In this document: one piece after another, positions 1 to 8,804 of the stretch
How the letters are laid out: every line of letters starts with the position of its first letter
Position numbering within the stretch: the stretch's first letter is position 1
Source of the DNA: a virus
Taxonomy: Duplodnaviria > Heunggongvirae > Uroviricota > Caudoviricetes
DNA: 64,000 nt
Direction: 5' to 3' (one strand)
Virus record (IMG/VR): IMGVR_UViG_3300042549_004104
Coordinates: 263,353 to 327,352 of that record
Made by a program: the position numbers and the translations under genes
Notes under the pieces: model-generated
The model's input: only the letters and a program-made list of their open reading frames with translations
What the model was told of the DNA's origin: nothing
Databases searched by the model: none

Positions 1-6
1 GGTAAC

Positions 7-273
7 ATGCGCTATAACACTAAGTTACAAAAAATGGAAGTGTTTGATGGTGCGAATTGGATTATATTGAATTCAACTATTGCTAGTGTTGGGCTTACTG
101 ATGAGGCTGAATCATTGCTTGACTGGGCTAGACAAAAACGTAATGAAGAATTAGAACTTGAAATCCTTGCACAAACTAATCCTACTATCAAAGATTTAGT
201 AGAACAACTTAAAGAAAAACAACATCAAATCAAAATGGTTCAAACACTAATCAAAAAAGAAACAACAGTTTAA
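7..273 (+). CDS. hypothetical protein; reading frame is open to the window edge, so possibly 5'-partial
   Basis: ORF in the same orientation as neighbours; its stop overlaps the next start (TAATG). No recognisable motif. Confidence 0.4.
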   Translation: MRYNTKLQKMEVFDGANWIILNSTIASVGLTDEAESLLDWARQKRNEELELEILAQTNPTIKDLVEQLKEKQHQIKMVQTLIKKETTV

Positions 274-1853
274 TGGAACAAGATAACTTAACGCAAAAAC
301 AAAACCCAGAGTGGGCATTGTTCTTGCCCGCAGTCAGCAGTTTTTATATTAGTGGTTTAGGTAAACAACGTGAAGGTGAAAACTATTTTGACCAAGCACG
401 TATACCCACCGGCTTTAATGGTGATGTAGAGAAACTTAATTTTCTTAATAAGAAAGAGGGACTTTATTATTACAAATGGGGATTGTATAGTGCAGGTCAT
501 GCGAACTTAGACGTTACTAAAGATGACCATAATGAAAGTATCATTCGTAAACGTGATCCAGATACATTCATGTTAGGTGATTCAGGTGGTTTCCAGATTT
601 TAAAGGCACAATGGCCTGCTGACTGGAAAGATCCTAATTGTCCTCGCGCCATGAAGAAGCGTCAACAAGTTTTAACTTGGATGGATACGTATATGGATTA
701 TGGTATGTGTTTAGATATTCCAAGTCAATCATTGACTACGTTTCATATCAAAGACCCAAAGACAGGTACGAGTGCTCATGGCATCAGTACTATTGAAGAA
801 GCTATCGCTGCCACACATATTAACAATGAATATTTCATTAAGCATAGAAACGGTGAATGTAAATTCTTAAATGTATTGCAAGGTCGTAATCATACTCAAA
901 GTGATGATTGGTATGCTGAGATGAAAAAATATTGCGATCCAAACATCTATCCAGACAATCATTTTAATGGTTGGGCTTTCGGTGGTCAAAATAAAATTGA
1001 TATCGAATTGATGTTAACACGTATGATAGATATCATACACGATGGATTATTACAAGAAGGTAAACATGATTTGATTCATTGTTTGGGCACAAGCATTTTA
1101 GAGTATGCAGTATTGTTTACTGATATTCAAAAAGCAATACGTAAATATCATAACCCAAAACTACAAATTACATTTGATTGTGCTAGCCCATTCTATGGTG
1201 CGGCTAAAGGTTTAGCATATTTCAATACTAGCATTGCACATAATAAAAAATGGTCATATAGTATGGAAAAAACTGCGGATGACAAAAGGTTTGGTGTACC
1301 TCAACAAGGTATGGCAGGTGGTGACCAACGCAAATTCCGTGATGCTGTATTGGCTGAAGGTGTCCACAAAGTCTTTACAGATAGTCCAATTACTGATAAA
1401 ATGTTACTTAGGGATTTGTGTTATAGAGGTCAAGGCTTCTTAGGACAACATAGTAAAGAAACAAAAACTAGTTGGGATACTTTGAGTTATACATTGATTC
1501 AATCACATAATGTTTGGATGCACATGAACGCAGTTCAGGAAGCTAACAGACAATATGAACAAGGTGTAGTACCTAAAATGATTTATCATAAACTACAAGG
1601 ACCTCAGTTCTTTAGTAACTTAGTAGATGATATTTTTTCAAAGAAAACTAAACAAGAATCACTTGACCTGATTCAATACTATTCAGGTTATTGGACACAA
1701 TTTCAATCAGGTAGTCAAGGTATTAGTGGTAAGAAAACTGTTAATGCTATGACAATGTTTGACAAATTATTTGATGTACAAGAATCTGAGCCAGAAATTG
1801 ATGAAGAAATACTTGATAGTGATGATGCGATATTAGAAGCATTAGGAGAATAA
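273..1853 (+). CDS. dpdA: DpdA-like 7-deazaguanine transglycosylase (tRNA-guanine transglycosylase superfamily)
   Basis: Conserved TGT catalytic motif LGDSGGFQ near the N-terminus. Length and beta/alpha-barrel-like spacing fit. Sits in a cluster with FolE, QueD and QueE. The canonical CxCxxC..H zinc site is not obvious, as in phage DpdA proteins. Confidence 0.7.
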   Translation: MEQDNLTQKQNPEWALFLPAVSSFYISGLGKQREGENYFDQARIPTGFNGDVEKLNFLNKKEGLYYYKWGLYSAGHANLDVTKDDHNESIIRKRDPDTFMLGDSGGFQILKAQWPADWKDPNCPRAMKKRQQVLTWMDTYMDYGMCLDIPSQSLTTFHIKDPKTGTSAHGISTIEEAIAATHINNEYFIKHRNGECKFLNVLQGRNHTQSDDWYAEMKKYCDPNIYPDNHFNGWAFGGQNKIDIELMLTRMIDIIHDGLLQEGKHDLIHCLGTSILEYAVLFTDIQKAIRKYHNPKLQITFDCASPFYGAAKGLAYFNTSIAHNKKWSYSMEKTADDKRFGVPQQGMAGGDQRKFRDAVLAEGVHKVFTDSPITDKMLLRDLCYRGQGFLGQHSKETKTSWDTLSYTLIQSHNVWMHMNAVQEANRQYEQGVVPKMIYHKLQGPQFFSNLVDDIFSKKTKQESLDLIQYYSGYWTQFQSGSQGISGKKTVNAMTMFDKLFDVQESEPEIDEEILDSDDAILEALGE

Positions 1854-1854
1854 T

Positions 1855-2310
1855 ATGGAACAACAAATACAACAAGCACAATTTGAAAAACGAGTACGTA
1901 TTGCAAAACATGCAAGACGTATGATTTTTGTAACATTTCAAAAAGAGGGTATTCACATGTACCCTGCGGCGGCAACAGATCCAAAACTCGCAACGGGTGA
2001 TGAATATGATGTTAGCTTTTTAGGAACTCCACATCGTCACATATTTCATTTTAATGTGGCGATTGAAGTATTTCACAACGATAGGGATATTGAGTTTATT
2101 CAATTCAAACGCTGGTTAGAAAACCTCTATAAAGGTGGCACACTTGAATTGAATTACAAAAGTTGTGAAATGATTAGTGACGATTTGTATAACCAAATCG
2201 CTACTAGATATCCCGACCGTAGTATTGAAATTACTGTCTCCGAAGATGGTGAGAACGGTGCTACGATTTATTATAACACAACAAAACCTTATCAATCAAT
2301 CGCTATTTAA
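1855..2310 (+). CDS. hypothetical protein within the deazaguanine cluster
   Basis: GGAG Shine-Dalgarno (SD) 8 nt upstream; tightly coupled to dpdA. No QueC (SGGxDS) or QueF (E-S/L-K-S/A-h-K-L/Y-Y/F/W) signature found. Confidence 0.5.
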   Translation: MEQQIQQAQFEKRVRIAKHARRMIFVTFQKEGIHMYPAAATDPKLATGDEYDVSFLGTPHRHIFHFNVAIEVFHNDRDIEFIQFKRWLENLYKGGTLELNYKSCEMISDDLYNQIATRYPDRSIEITVSEDGENGATIYYNTTKPYQSIAI

Positions 2311-2324
2311 AAGGAAAATTAAAA

Positions 2325-2531
2325 ATGGCAAAACCTTCATTTCAACCTAATCCTCGTGTACATCAAATTTTTGAAGATTTGGAAAAGTATTTAGAATTTT
2401 GTGTAGACTATGGATATAAGTTTGACGAAACAACATTATATGATATGCGTAGTTTTCCATATCGTCAACATCAAAAACAATTAGCAGGTAAAGATGCAAA
2501 AAATTCTTGGGATGCTGATACAAGAGTATAA
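2325..2531 (+). CDS. hypothetical small protein
   Basis: AAGGA SD; 68 aa. Confidence 0.4.
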   Translation: MAKPSFQPNPRVHQIFEDLEKYLEFCVDYGYKFDETTLYDMRSFPYRQHQKQLAGKDAKNSWDADTRV

Positions 2532-2533
2532 CA

Positions 2534-3706
2534 ATGCGTAAATTATATTACATGGGTCTTGAGCCTTATAAGGCAAGATACACTTTGCAATTACAAGAGT
2601 GGAATCGTGCTGTCTTTGATAAACGGGGAATTGATTATGTCATTGTTCCCGGTGAAACACTAAGTAACGACCAAGCTATTGTTACTGGTCAAGTATTAGA
2701 TGCACATGGTCGCACATATTTTGGCATGTCACAACTTATGAATTTGATTCGTATGATGAAAGCAGGAGAACTGAACAATGAAGATGTTATCTACTTTGAG
2801 GATATGTTTCAACCCGGTATCGAGAGTCTTCCTTATATACTTAATCAAATCGACAGTATTAATCGTCCTCGCATTTTTGTTCGCTGTCTTGCTCAATCCA
2901 TTGATCCTGATGATTTCGTTCATGTATGGGGCATGTCTGACTTTATGGGTCACTATGAAAAGATGGTTGATTCATTCGTAGATGGTGTTCTTGCTACTAA
3001 TGAAGAAATGGTAATGAATATGAAGATTGCAGGTTGGAAAGCACCAATCTACAATATTTCAGGTCTAGCATTTGGCAAAGAAGAAGTACGTAGTCGTGTT
3101 GGTGAGCTAAAGCTATTTGATAAGCGTAAAAAGCGAATTGCATTCTCTGCACGTTGGGATCAGGAGAAACAACCTGACTTCTACATGGATGTGATTGAAG
3201 AATTTCATAAACGTTTTGAAGATGTAGCAGAATTTTGTGTATTCAGTGGCAGTAAATTAAAGAGTAACAATAGTAGCTATATGGAACGCACTAATCAAAT
3301 GCGTAAAGATGGCAAACTTAAAGTATATGAAGATTTAGAAAAGAATGCCTATTATGAATTACTTAACGATACACGAATTGTATTCAACTGTGCATTACAA
3401 GATTGGGTAAGCAATACAGTAAGTGAAGCAGATGCATTGGGATGTAATGTATGCTACCCGGCATATCGTAGCTTTCCCGAAACGTTTGCTAATGACCACA
3501 CAAGACTGTATACTCCATGGAGTGTAGAAGATGCCGCAATTAAGTTATTCAATATGTTACATCAACCGAGCATAAAGCAAGGTCAAATCAGTGATTGGAA
3601 CAATGGTACTATTGACCGTATTTGTGATATCATGGAAGGCAATGGTGAGCAATGGTTAAGAATGAGTACAGATTATCGCAAGCACACAAGAGAAAGCAAA
3701 TATTAA
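2534..3706 (+). CDS. hypothetical protein, possibly a GT-B-fold glycosyltransferase
   Basis: 390 aa. The C-terminal half has a GT-B-like pattern (RIAFSARWDQEKQPDF ... EADALGCNVCYP, E..E-type motif). The similarity is weak. Confidence 0.45.
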   Translation: MRKLYYMGLEPYKARYTLQLQEWNRAVFDKRGIDYVIVPGETLSNDQAIVTGQVLDAHGRTYFGMSQLMNLIRMMKAGELNNEDVIYFEDMFQPGIESLPYILNQIDSINRPRIFVRCLAQSIDPDDFVHVWGMSDFMGHYEKMVDSFVDGVLATNEEMVMNMKIAGWKAPIYNISGLAFGKEEVRSRVGELKLFDKRKKRIAFSARWDQEKQPDFYMDVIEEFHKRFEDVAEFCVFSGSKLKSNNSSYMERTNQMRKDGKLKVYEDLEKNAYYELLNDTRIVFNCALQDWVSNTVSEADALGCNVCYPAYRSFPETFANDHTRLYTPWSVEDAAIKLFNMLHQPSIKQGQISDWNNGTIDRICDIMEGNGEQWLRMSTDYRKHTRESKY

Positions 3707-3845
3707 TGTCTGAACGTAAAATGATTTTTACTAAAGATATGAGTGTAGGTCTTCCTTGGGAAGAAGGATTACTTGAATGGTTACACGAAAATTATCCTTA
3801 TAGTGGATATCATGTTGTAACATTAATTTAAAATAAGGAATAAAC

Positions 3846-4580
3846 ATGGCAACTTGGAAATTATCAACATACTGGAAGAAAAGTTCAATTGAACGACAGA
3901 TTTGGGTAAAGGATGATAAAGTAATTATCCGTGAAGAAGGTTATCGCTGGGGTACATTCTATGTTCAATCTGATGAACGTCCTCTTACTGATGAAGAATT
4001 AATCAATAAGCATGGGTATGAACTTGGTTGTTTAGACAATGATGAGTGTTGGGAACTAGATAACTTAGATGATGGCTGTTGGGCTGATAATGAAGCAGGT
4101 AGAAATTGTACTGAGGAAGACTTAGAGGCATTTGAAGAAGCCTGGGAAGAAAATTCTTATGAAGGTGTTGAAGAATTAGGTTGGTCTAATGATGACACTG
4201 AGTTTGAATTTCAAGGACCATTAGTGTTGACTAATGAAGATACTGGTGAAGAATTTAATGGTGAGACTATTAAAGAGTCAATGCCAGAAAAAGTAGTAGT
4301 TGAACATAAACCACTAAGTACTACGGCAGCTTGGCCCTTTGGTGATTCAACAGATAAACACATTGAACTTGATCCAGCTAAATGGCCCTCTCCAAATGGT
4401 AATTTTGTAGAAACAGCTAAATGGCCCTTTGATAAATCATCAGAAATTTCTAGCATGAAGTGTACAGAATGTGATTGGACTGGTGATTGGACTGAGACAA
4501 ATAGTAAAGAAATTGATGGGGTAGAATTTGATACTTGTCCTGTATGCAATGGAATAGTTGAAGATAAAGAGGAAGAATAA
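3846..4580 (+). CDS. highly acidic protein with internal AKWP repeats and a C-terminal zinc ribbon (CTECDW...CPVCNG); paralog of 32821-33369
   Basis: Strong AAGGA SD. D/E-rich composition. CxxC...CxxC at the C-terminus. Confidence 0.55.
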   Translation: MATWKLSTYWKKSSIERQIWVKDDKVIIREEGYRWGTFYVQSDERPLTDEELINKHGYELGCLDNDECWELDNLDDGCWADNEAGRNCTEEDLEAFEEAWEENSYEGVEELGWSNDDTEFEFQGPLVLTNEDTGEEFNGETIKESMPEKVVVEHKPLSTTAAWPFGDSTDKHIELDPAKWPSPNGNFVETAKWPFDKSSEISSMKCTECDWTGDWTETNSKEIDGVEFDTCPVCNGIVEDKEEE

Positions 4581-4768
4581 TGGCTACTAAGAAAAAAGTA
4601 AGAATTGAACTATACGCAGAAGCACCTTATATGCAAGGCTATGCATCTGGTATAGCAAATGAAAAGTTTTTTAATCCGTACGCAGACATTGAAAATGCAG
4701 AGGCTGATGCTGATGACTATCAACGTGGATTTGAGAATGCTACAGAAACTGTAGAAAGCGTAGAGTAA
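4580..4768 (+). CDS. hypothetical acidic small protein
   Basis: ATGA-type coupling to the upstream gene; 62 aa. Confidence 0.45.
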   Translation: MATKKKVRIELYAEAPYMQGYASGIANEKFFNPYADIENAEADADDYQRGFENATETVESVE

Positions 4769-4788
4769 TTTAACATAAAGGAAATAAA

Positions 4789-4977
4789 ATGAATGCACAT
4801 AACGATATTAAAACACACTTTGATGAATACTTAATGGAGAACGAAAAGTTTGTCAAAGGTAATTCATCAGCAGGCACACGTGCCCGTAAAGCACTAGCAG
4901 AAATGGCTAAAGCTATTAAAGCACGCCGTAATGAAATTACTGCTGAGAAAGCCGCAAGAAAAGAAGCTAAGGCTTAA
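4789..4977 (+). CDS. small basic Lys/Ala-rich protein (histone-like composition)
   Basis: AAGGA SD. C-terminal half reads KALAEMAKAIKARRNEITAEKAARKEAKA. Confidence 0.45.
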   Translation: MNAHNDIKTHFDEYLMENEKFVKGNSSAGTRARKALAEMAKAIKARRNEITAEKAARKEAKA

Positions 4978-4991
4978 TCTGTGATAAATAC

Positions 4992-5015
4992 TTGTGCAAC
5001 ACAAAGGTTGCACAA
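4992..5015. promoter_or_regulatory. perfect 9-bp inverted repeat (ttgtgcaac-acaaag-gttgcacaa) immediately upstream of folE
   Basis: Palindrome read directly in the sequence. No U-tract follows it. It may be an operator or an RNA hairpin. Confidence 0.4.
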
Positions 5016-5050
5016 TGTCAAAACAAAACACTCACAACGGAGGGTTATCT

Positions 5051-5725
5051 ATGAGTTATAATAAGACAAAAACTGATCCTGAATTAGGATTAAAAGTACA
5101 CGAACATCTAGTCAAGATGGGTGTTGAAACGCCAACCAAACCTGATACTAGGGACCGTAAAGACAAAATTGAATTGATTGAAAGTTATTTTGAAGGCATC
5201 ATGATGGCTTTGGGCCTAGACCTAAGTGATGATAGCTTAATGGACACACCCAAGCGTGTTGCTAAAATGTATGTTAACGAAATTTTCTGGGGATTAGATT
5301 ATGAAGCATTTCCAAAGTGTACGACTGTCGATAACAAGATGCATTACAATGAAATGGTCGTTGAACGCAACGTTAACGTCCAAAGTAATTGCGAACATCA
5401 CTTTGTTGTTATTGATGGGTTGGCTACAGTGGCTTATGTTCCGAAACAAAGAGTCCTCGGACTATCAAAAATTAACCGTATTGTTGAGTATTTCAGCAAA
5501 CGCCCTCAAATCCAAGAGCGACTCACAGAACAAATCTTCCACACTCTCCAATTTATACTGGAGACTGAAGATGTTGCGGTAATGATTGATGCACAACATT
5601 ATTGTGTAAAGTCACGTGGTGTAGAAGATACTGGTAGTAGTACAGTTACAAGTCGTTTAGGTGGTGGGTTCAAAAATGACCCAGCGGCACGTGCTGAGTT
5701 CTATCAAATTGCGAGACAGAAATGA
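5051..5725 (+). CDS. folE: GTP cyclohydrolase I (FolE)
   Basis: Near-identical core to E. coli FolE: CEHHFVVIDG, VLGLSKINRIVEYFSKRPQIQERLTEQI, DAQHYCVKSRG. Start chosen at MSYNKTK because it has a GGAGG SD. The ORF track extends to a GTG at 4994 that lies inside the palindrome. Confidence 0.93.
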   Translation: MSYNKTKTDPELGLKVHEHLVKMGVETPTKPDTRDRKDKIELIESYFEGIMMALGLDLSDDSLMDTPKRVAKMYVNEIFWGLDYEAFPKCTTVDNKMHYNEMVVERNVNVQSNCEHHFVVIDGLATVAYVPKQRVLGLSKINRIVEYFSKRPQIQERLTEQIFHTLQFILETEDVAVMIDAQHYCVKSRGVEDTGSSTVTSRLGGGFKNDPAARAEFYQIARQK

Positions 5726-5940
5726 ATCCAAAGATTAAGGCATTAGAACAACAATGCTGGAGTCATCGTGTAGACGGAGTATTAGTAGATGGTCACTTGC
5801 ATTTTGATACGGCAAAGTTTGCTGAATTGATTGTTAAAGAATGTATCCATGCATGTGTTGCTGACATAGCAGATCCTAGAGATACAATCGAATTTAAATG
5901 TGCAAAGAAAATTAAAGAACATTTTGGAGTTAAAGAATGA
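5722..5940 (+). CDS. HFGVEE-family small protein (paralog 1 of 5)
   Basis: MNxKIKALE N-terminus, KFAELIVKEC core and C-terminal KEHFGVKE. ATGA-coupled to folE. Confidence 0.6.
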   Translation: MNPKIKALEQQCWSHRVDGVLVDGHLHFDTAKFAELIVKECIHACVADIADPRDTIEFKCAKKIKEHFGVKE

Positions 5941-6173
5941 ACGAGAAACTTAGAGAATTTGCTTTAGAAGCAGGCGGCAGTCACTATCCTGAAGTAAATC
6001 CAATGCAATTAAAAAAGTTTGCCGAGTTGATTATTCGTGAATGTGCTGATATTATCAATCATCGTGCTGACACATGCAGTGATTGGTTAGATAGTGTCAA
6101 GGCAAATGAAGCAGTCCGTGAAGGACAAAGAGAGTGTGCTAAAACGATCAAAGAACATTTCGGAGTTGAATAA
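5937..6173 (+). CDS. HFGVEE-family small protein (paralog 2 of 5)
   Basis: KFAELIIREC core and C-terminal KEHFGVE. ATGA-coupled. Confidence 0.6.
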   Translation: MNEKLREFALEAGGSHYPEVNPMQLKKFAELIIRECADIINHRADTCSDWLDSVKANEAVREGQRECAKTIKEHFGVE

Positions 6174-6282
6174 TGATCGATATTATCACATTAATTTGTT
6201 TAATAATAGTTGCTTGGTATATAGCGGGCAAGCTACCAAAAAGTAATTGCAACGGTGATTGCCAACAAGGTCGTAACTGCAC

Positions 6283-6558
6283 GTGCAAATGACAAACCGT
6301 TCACCTTTCAGGAATCAAGAAGAAGCGTTTGCCTTTCTAAGAAAGATAGGCATGAAAAATCGCAGAACACTAACTGGAATTGAACGTGAACACATGTTGT
6401 TAGTATTTGCATTGATTGACCCAATTGAATCTAGCAACAATCAACGAACATTTAGTGAAACTTATCATCATGTCGGTAAAGAATATGAAGTTACATATGG
6501 GTTCAGTGACTCGGGTGAACCCGACCCAATAGTAGAAGAATTGACGGAGTTAGAATGA
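6283..6558 (+). CDS. hypothetical protein
   Basis: ORF only; weak ribosome-binding site. Confidence 0.35.
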   Translation: MQMTNRSPFRNQEEAFAFLRKIGMKNRRTLTGIEREHMLLVFALIDPIESSNNQRTFSETYHHVGKEYEVTYGFSDSGEPDPIVEELTELE

Positions 6559-6765
6559 AACTATATAAGCACAGCAACGGTAAGACACATTTTTTCCCAG
6601 AAGTAATTCCTAAGGGATGGGAAGTTATGTTAAGACCAGATACTTTTGAAGTTGTGTGGCGTAAAATTAGGGGCAGAGAATGAAGGGCTATTATTGTGTA
6701 AAGTGTTTTGGACCGTTTGCTCGTTATCGACAAAACGGTTTGTGGCAGACTAATCATAGGTGCGG

Positions 6766-7236
6766 ATGATGATATTCAATAAGATTAAAGAACTTAAAGA
6801 ACGTGGATTGATTATTGGTATTACCTTTAGTCAATTTGACTTGTTACATGCCGGTCATATTGCAATGCTAAGTGAAGCAAAGAATCACTGTGATTATTTG
6901 ATTGCTGGATTGCAAAACAATGCACAATGGGATAGACCAGAAAAGAATGAACCAATTCAAAGTATTGTAGAACGACAAATAAGTTTGTGTGCGGTACGCA
7001 CAGTAGACGAGATTGTTATCTATAACACAGAGAAGGATTTATCTGACATTCTATTAACACTACCCATTGATGTGCGTATACTAGGTGTTGAATACGCAGA
7101 CAAAGATTTCAGTGGTAAAGAAATCTGTGAAAAACGCAACATTAAAATTATCTATAATGGGCGTGACCATAGTTTTAGTAGCAGTAGCCTACGAAAGAGA
7201 ATTTTGGAAGCCGAACAACAAAAACAAAAGTGGTAA
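6766..7236 (+). CDS. cytidylyltransferase-like nucleotidyltransferase (TagD/RfaE-domain-II-like; HxGH motif)
   Basis: FDLLHAGH (HIGH) motif 20 aa from the N-terminus and about 155 aa long, matching glycerol-3-phosphate cytidylyltransferase and ADP-heptose synthase adenylyltransferase domains. The ORF track starts at a GTG at 6760; the ATG at 6766 is more likely. Confidence 0.7.
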   Translation: MMIFNKIKELKERGLIIGITFSQFDLLHAGHIAMLSEAKNHCDYLIAGLQNNAQWDRPEKNEPIQSIVERQISLCAVRTVDEIVIYNTEKDLSDILLTLPIDVRILGVEYADKDFSGKEICEKRNIKIIYNGRDHSFSSSSLRKRILEAEQQKQKW

Positions 7237-7315
7237 ATAAAGATGACCGGCCTTATGGGCTCATCCCGGTATATAAATTCTGCGTCCTATGCTATAATTA
7301 ACATAGGAGAAAATA

Positions 7316-7879
7316 ATGGCAAACTCATCAACAAATGACTTAATACGTCACCTAGAAGAAAACTTTCAGTCACATCGCTGGAATTCAGCAAGACAATATA
7401 AATTCACAAGTACAAAAGAATATCACGATGCATTTCCATGTGCATATCGTCAATGGCGTGCAGACAGTCATTGCAATATGATTCATGGTTATAGTTTCAG
7501 TATGAAATTCTATTTCGGTACAGACAGTTTAGATGTACGTAACTGGGCGGCTGACTATGGTGGATTAAAAGAATTGAAAAAGATTCTTGAGGATCAATTC
7601 GACCACACCTTGTTAGTAGCACAAGATGATCCAGAACTTGAAACATTCAAAATGTTACAAGAAAAGAAATTGGCTAAGTTAACTATTCTACCACGAATCG
7701 GGTGCGAGAGTTTAGCCGACATGCTTTACAAATATGTCAATGGAGTGTATATTCCAGATATGTGGGGTCAAGGTGAGTCTGACCGTCTATGGTGTTATCG
7801 TGTTGAAGTACGTGAGACACAAGCAAACATGGCTTTCAGAGAAGGTCATCGTGAATGGAATGAAGATTTATTTGCATGA
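7316..7879 (+). CDS. queD: 6-carboxytetrahydropterin synthase-like (QueD/PTPS T-fold)
   Basis: AGGAGA SD. CNMIHGYSF resembles the QueD CxxxHGH zinc site, with one His replaced by Tyr. DHTLL and GCESLADML match downstream QueD/PTPS blocks. Confidence 0.7.
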   Translation: MANSSTNDLIRHLEENFQSHRWNSARQYKFTSTKEYHDAFPCAYRQWRADSHCNMIHGYSFSMKFYFGTDSLDVRNWAADYGGLKELKKILEDQFDHTLLVAQDDPELETFKMLQEKKLAKLTILPRIGCESLADMLYKYVNGVYIPDMWGQGESDRLWCYRVEVRETQANMAFREGHREWNEDLFA

Positions 7880-8112
7880 GTCCTGAACAACGAATCAAAG
7901 CTGCCGAAGAATGGGCTCAACTAAGAGTAGAGGCCGCAGAGCGTGAGCGTGATGAGGCATTGGGCTTAGTTAGTGCGGCACACTTAGAATTGATACATAG
8001 CATCAAGTATGGATTCAATCCTGGTACTGCACATAGCACACTAATTAGTGTGGGTAGATTAAGCCCAATGTTACAAGCAAGAATGAAACGAATGTTAGAA
8101 GAAAAAGAATGA
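7876..8112 (+). CDS. hypothetical protein
   Basis: ATGA-coupled ORF. Confidence 0.4.
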   Translation: MSPEQRIKAAEEWAQLRVEAAERERDEALGLVSAAHLELIHSIKYGFNPGTAHSTLISVGRLSPMLQARMKRMLEEKE

Positions 8113-8621
8113 GTAGCATAGAAAAGAATGATTTGTTTATGATTACATGTAATAATGTATTGCCTTCGTACGGTGAATTTAAAAAAATTATTGACTATGA
8201 AATAGAATATCACCTATATCAAACTGTTCCAAAATATCAATCTTATCCATTCATGCACGAAAAATATTATCATAATGAACTGTTAACTACGTTAATAAAT
8301 TTTACTTTAGACACCTTAAGAAAAAATAATAAATCAGATTTATTTCTAAAATTTTGTTGGTTTAATGTTTGTAAACAAGATTCAGAGTTTCAATGGCATA
8401 CTCATCCAACATCAAACGTATCCGCTATTTATTTTATGGATGGTTGTGAAGATAATGGTACCATACTTGACTATAACGGGACTATATTTCAAATTTTACC
8501 AAAAGAAAATAGTTTATTTATTTTTAATTCAACCATTTCTCATACTATACCAACTTGGAAAAATAAAAATAGATATTCTATTGCCTTAGAATTTCTACCA
8601 AATAAAACAATTAATAATTAA
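8109..8621 (+). CDS. hypothetical protein; possibly a double-stranded beta-helix or oxygenase-like protein
   Basis: ATGA-coupled. His-rich patches (WHTHPTS, ISHTIP). Assignment is weak. Confidence 0.45.
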   Translation: MSSIEKNDLFMITCNNVLPSYGEFKKIIDYEIEYHLYQTVPKYQSYPFMHEKYYHNELLTTLINFTLDTLRKNNKSDLFLKFCWFNVCKQDSEFQWHTHPTSNVSAIYFMDGCEDNGTILDYNGTIFQILPKENSLFIFNSTISHTIPTWKNKNRYSIALEFLPNKTINN

Positions 8622-8804
8622 GAAAAAATATGGTCAAACCAATTAAATTATGGCGTATATGGGCAAAAGCCTTAGGTGAAAAAACGGGAGCTACAAACAC
8701 AGAAGCTGACCACATCGCTTGCATCCGTACAGCAATAGTGATATCATATATTATAACAAACTGTTTTATTATAGCAGGCGTTATACGACATTGGTAATAA
8801 AATT

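Noticed and set aside
1234-1993. Internal and antisense ORFs inside dpdA: 1234-1443 (+), 1715-1993 (-) and 1747-1956 (-)
   Set aside because: They are embedded in or antisense to a confidently assigned gene and have low-complexity Leu/Ile/Ser-rich translations typical of AT-rich spurious frames. Similar antisense ORFs across the window were ignored for the same reason.
1855-2310. QueF (preQ0 reductase) assignment for the gene downstream of dpdA
   Set aside because: The QueF E(S/L)K(S/A)hK(L/Y)(Y/F/W) motif and the catalytic Cys context were not found. It is left as hypothetical.
6760-7236. QueC (7-cyano-7-deazaguanine synthase) assignment for the gene between folE and queD
   Set aside because: It lacks the PP-loop SGGxDS motif. 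It has the HxGH (FDLLHAGH) motif of cytidylyl/adenylyl-transferases instead.
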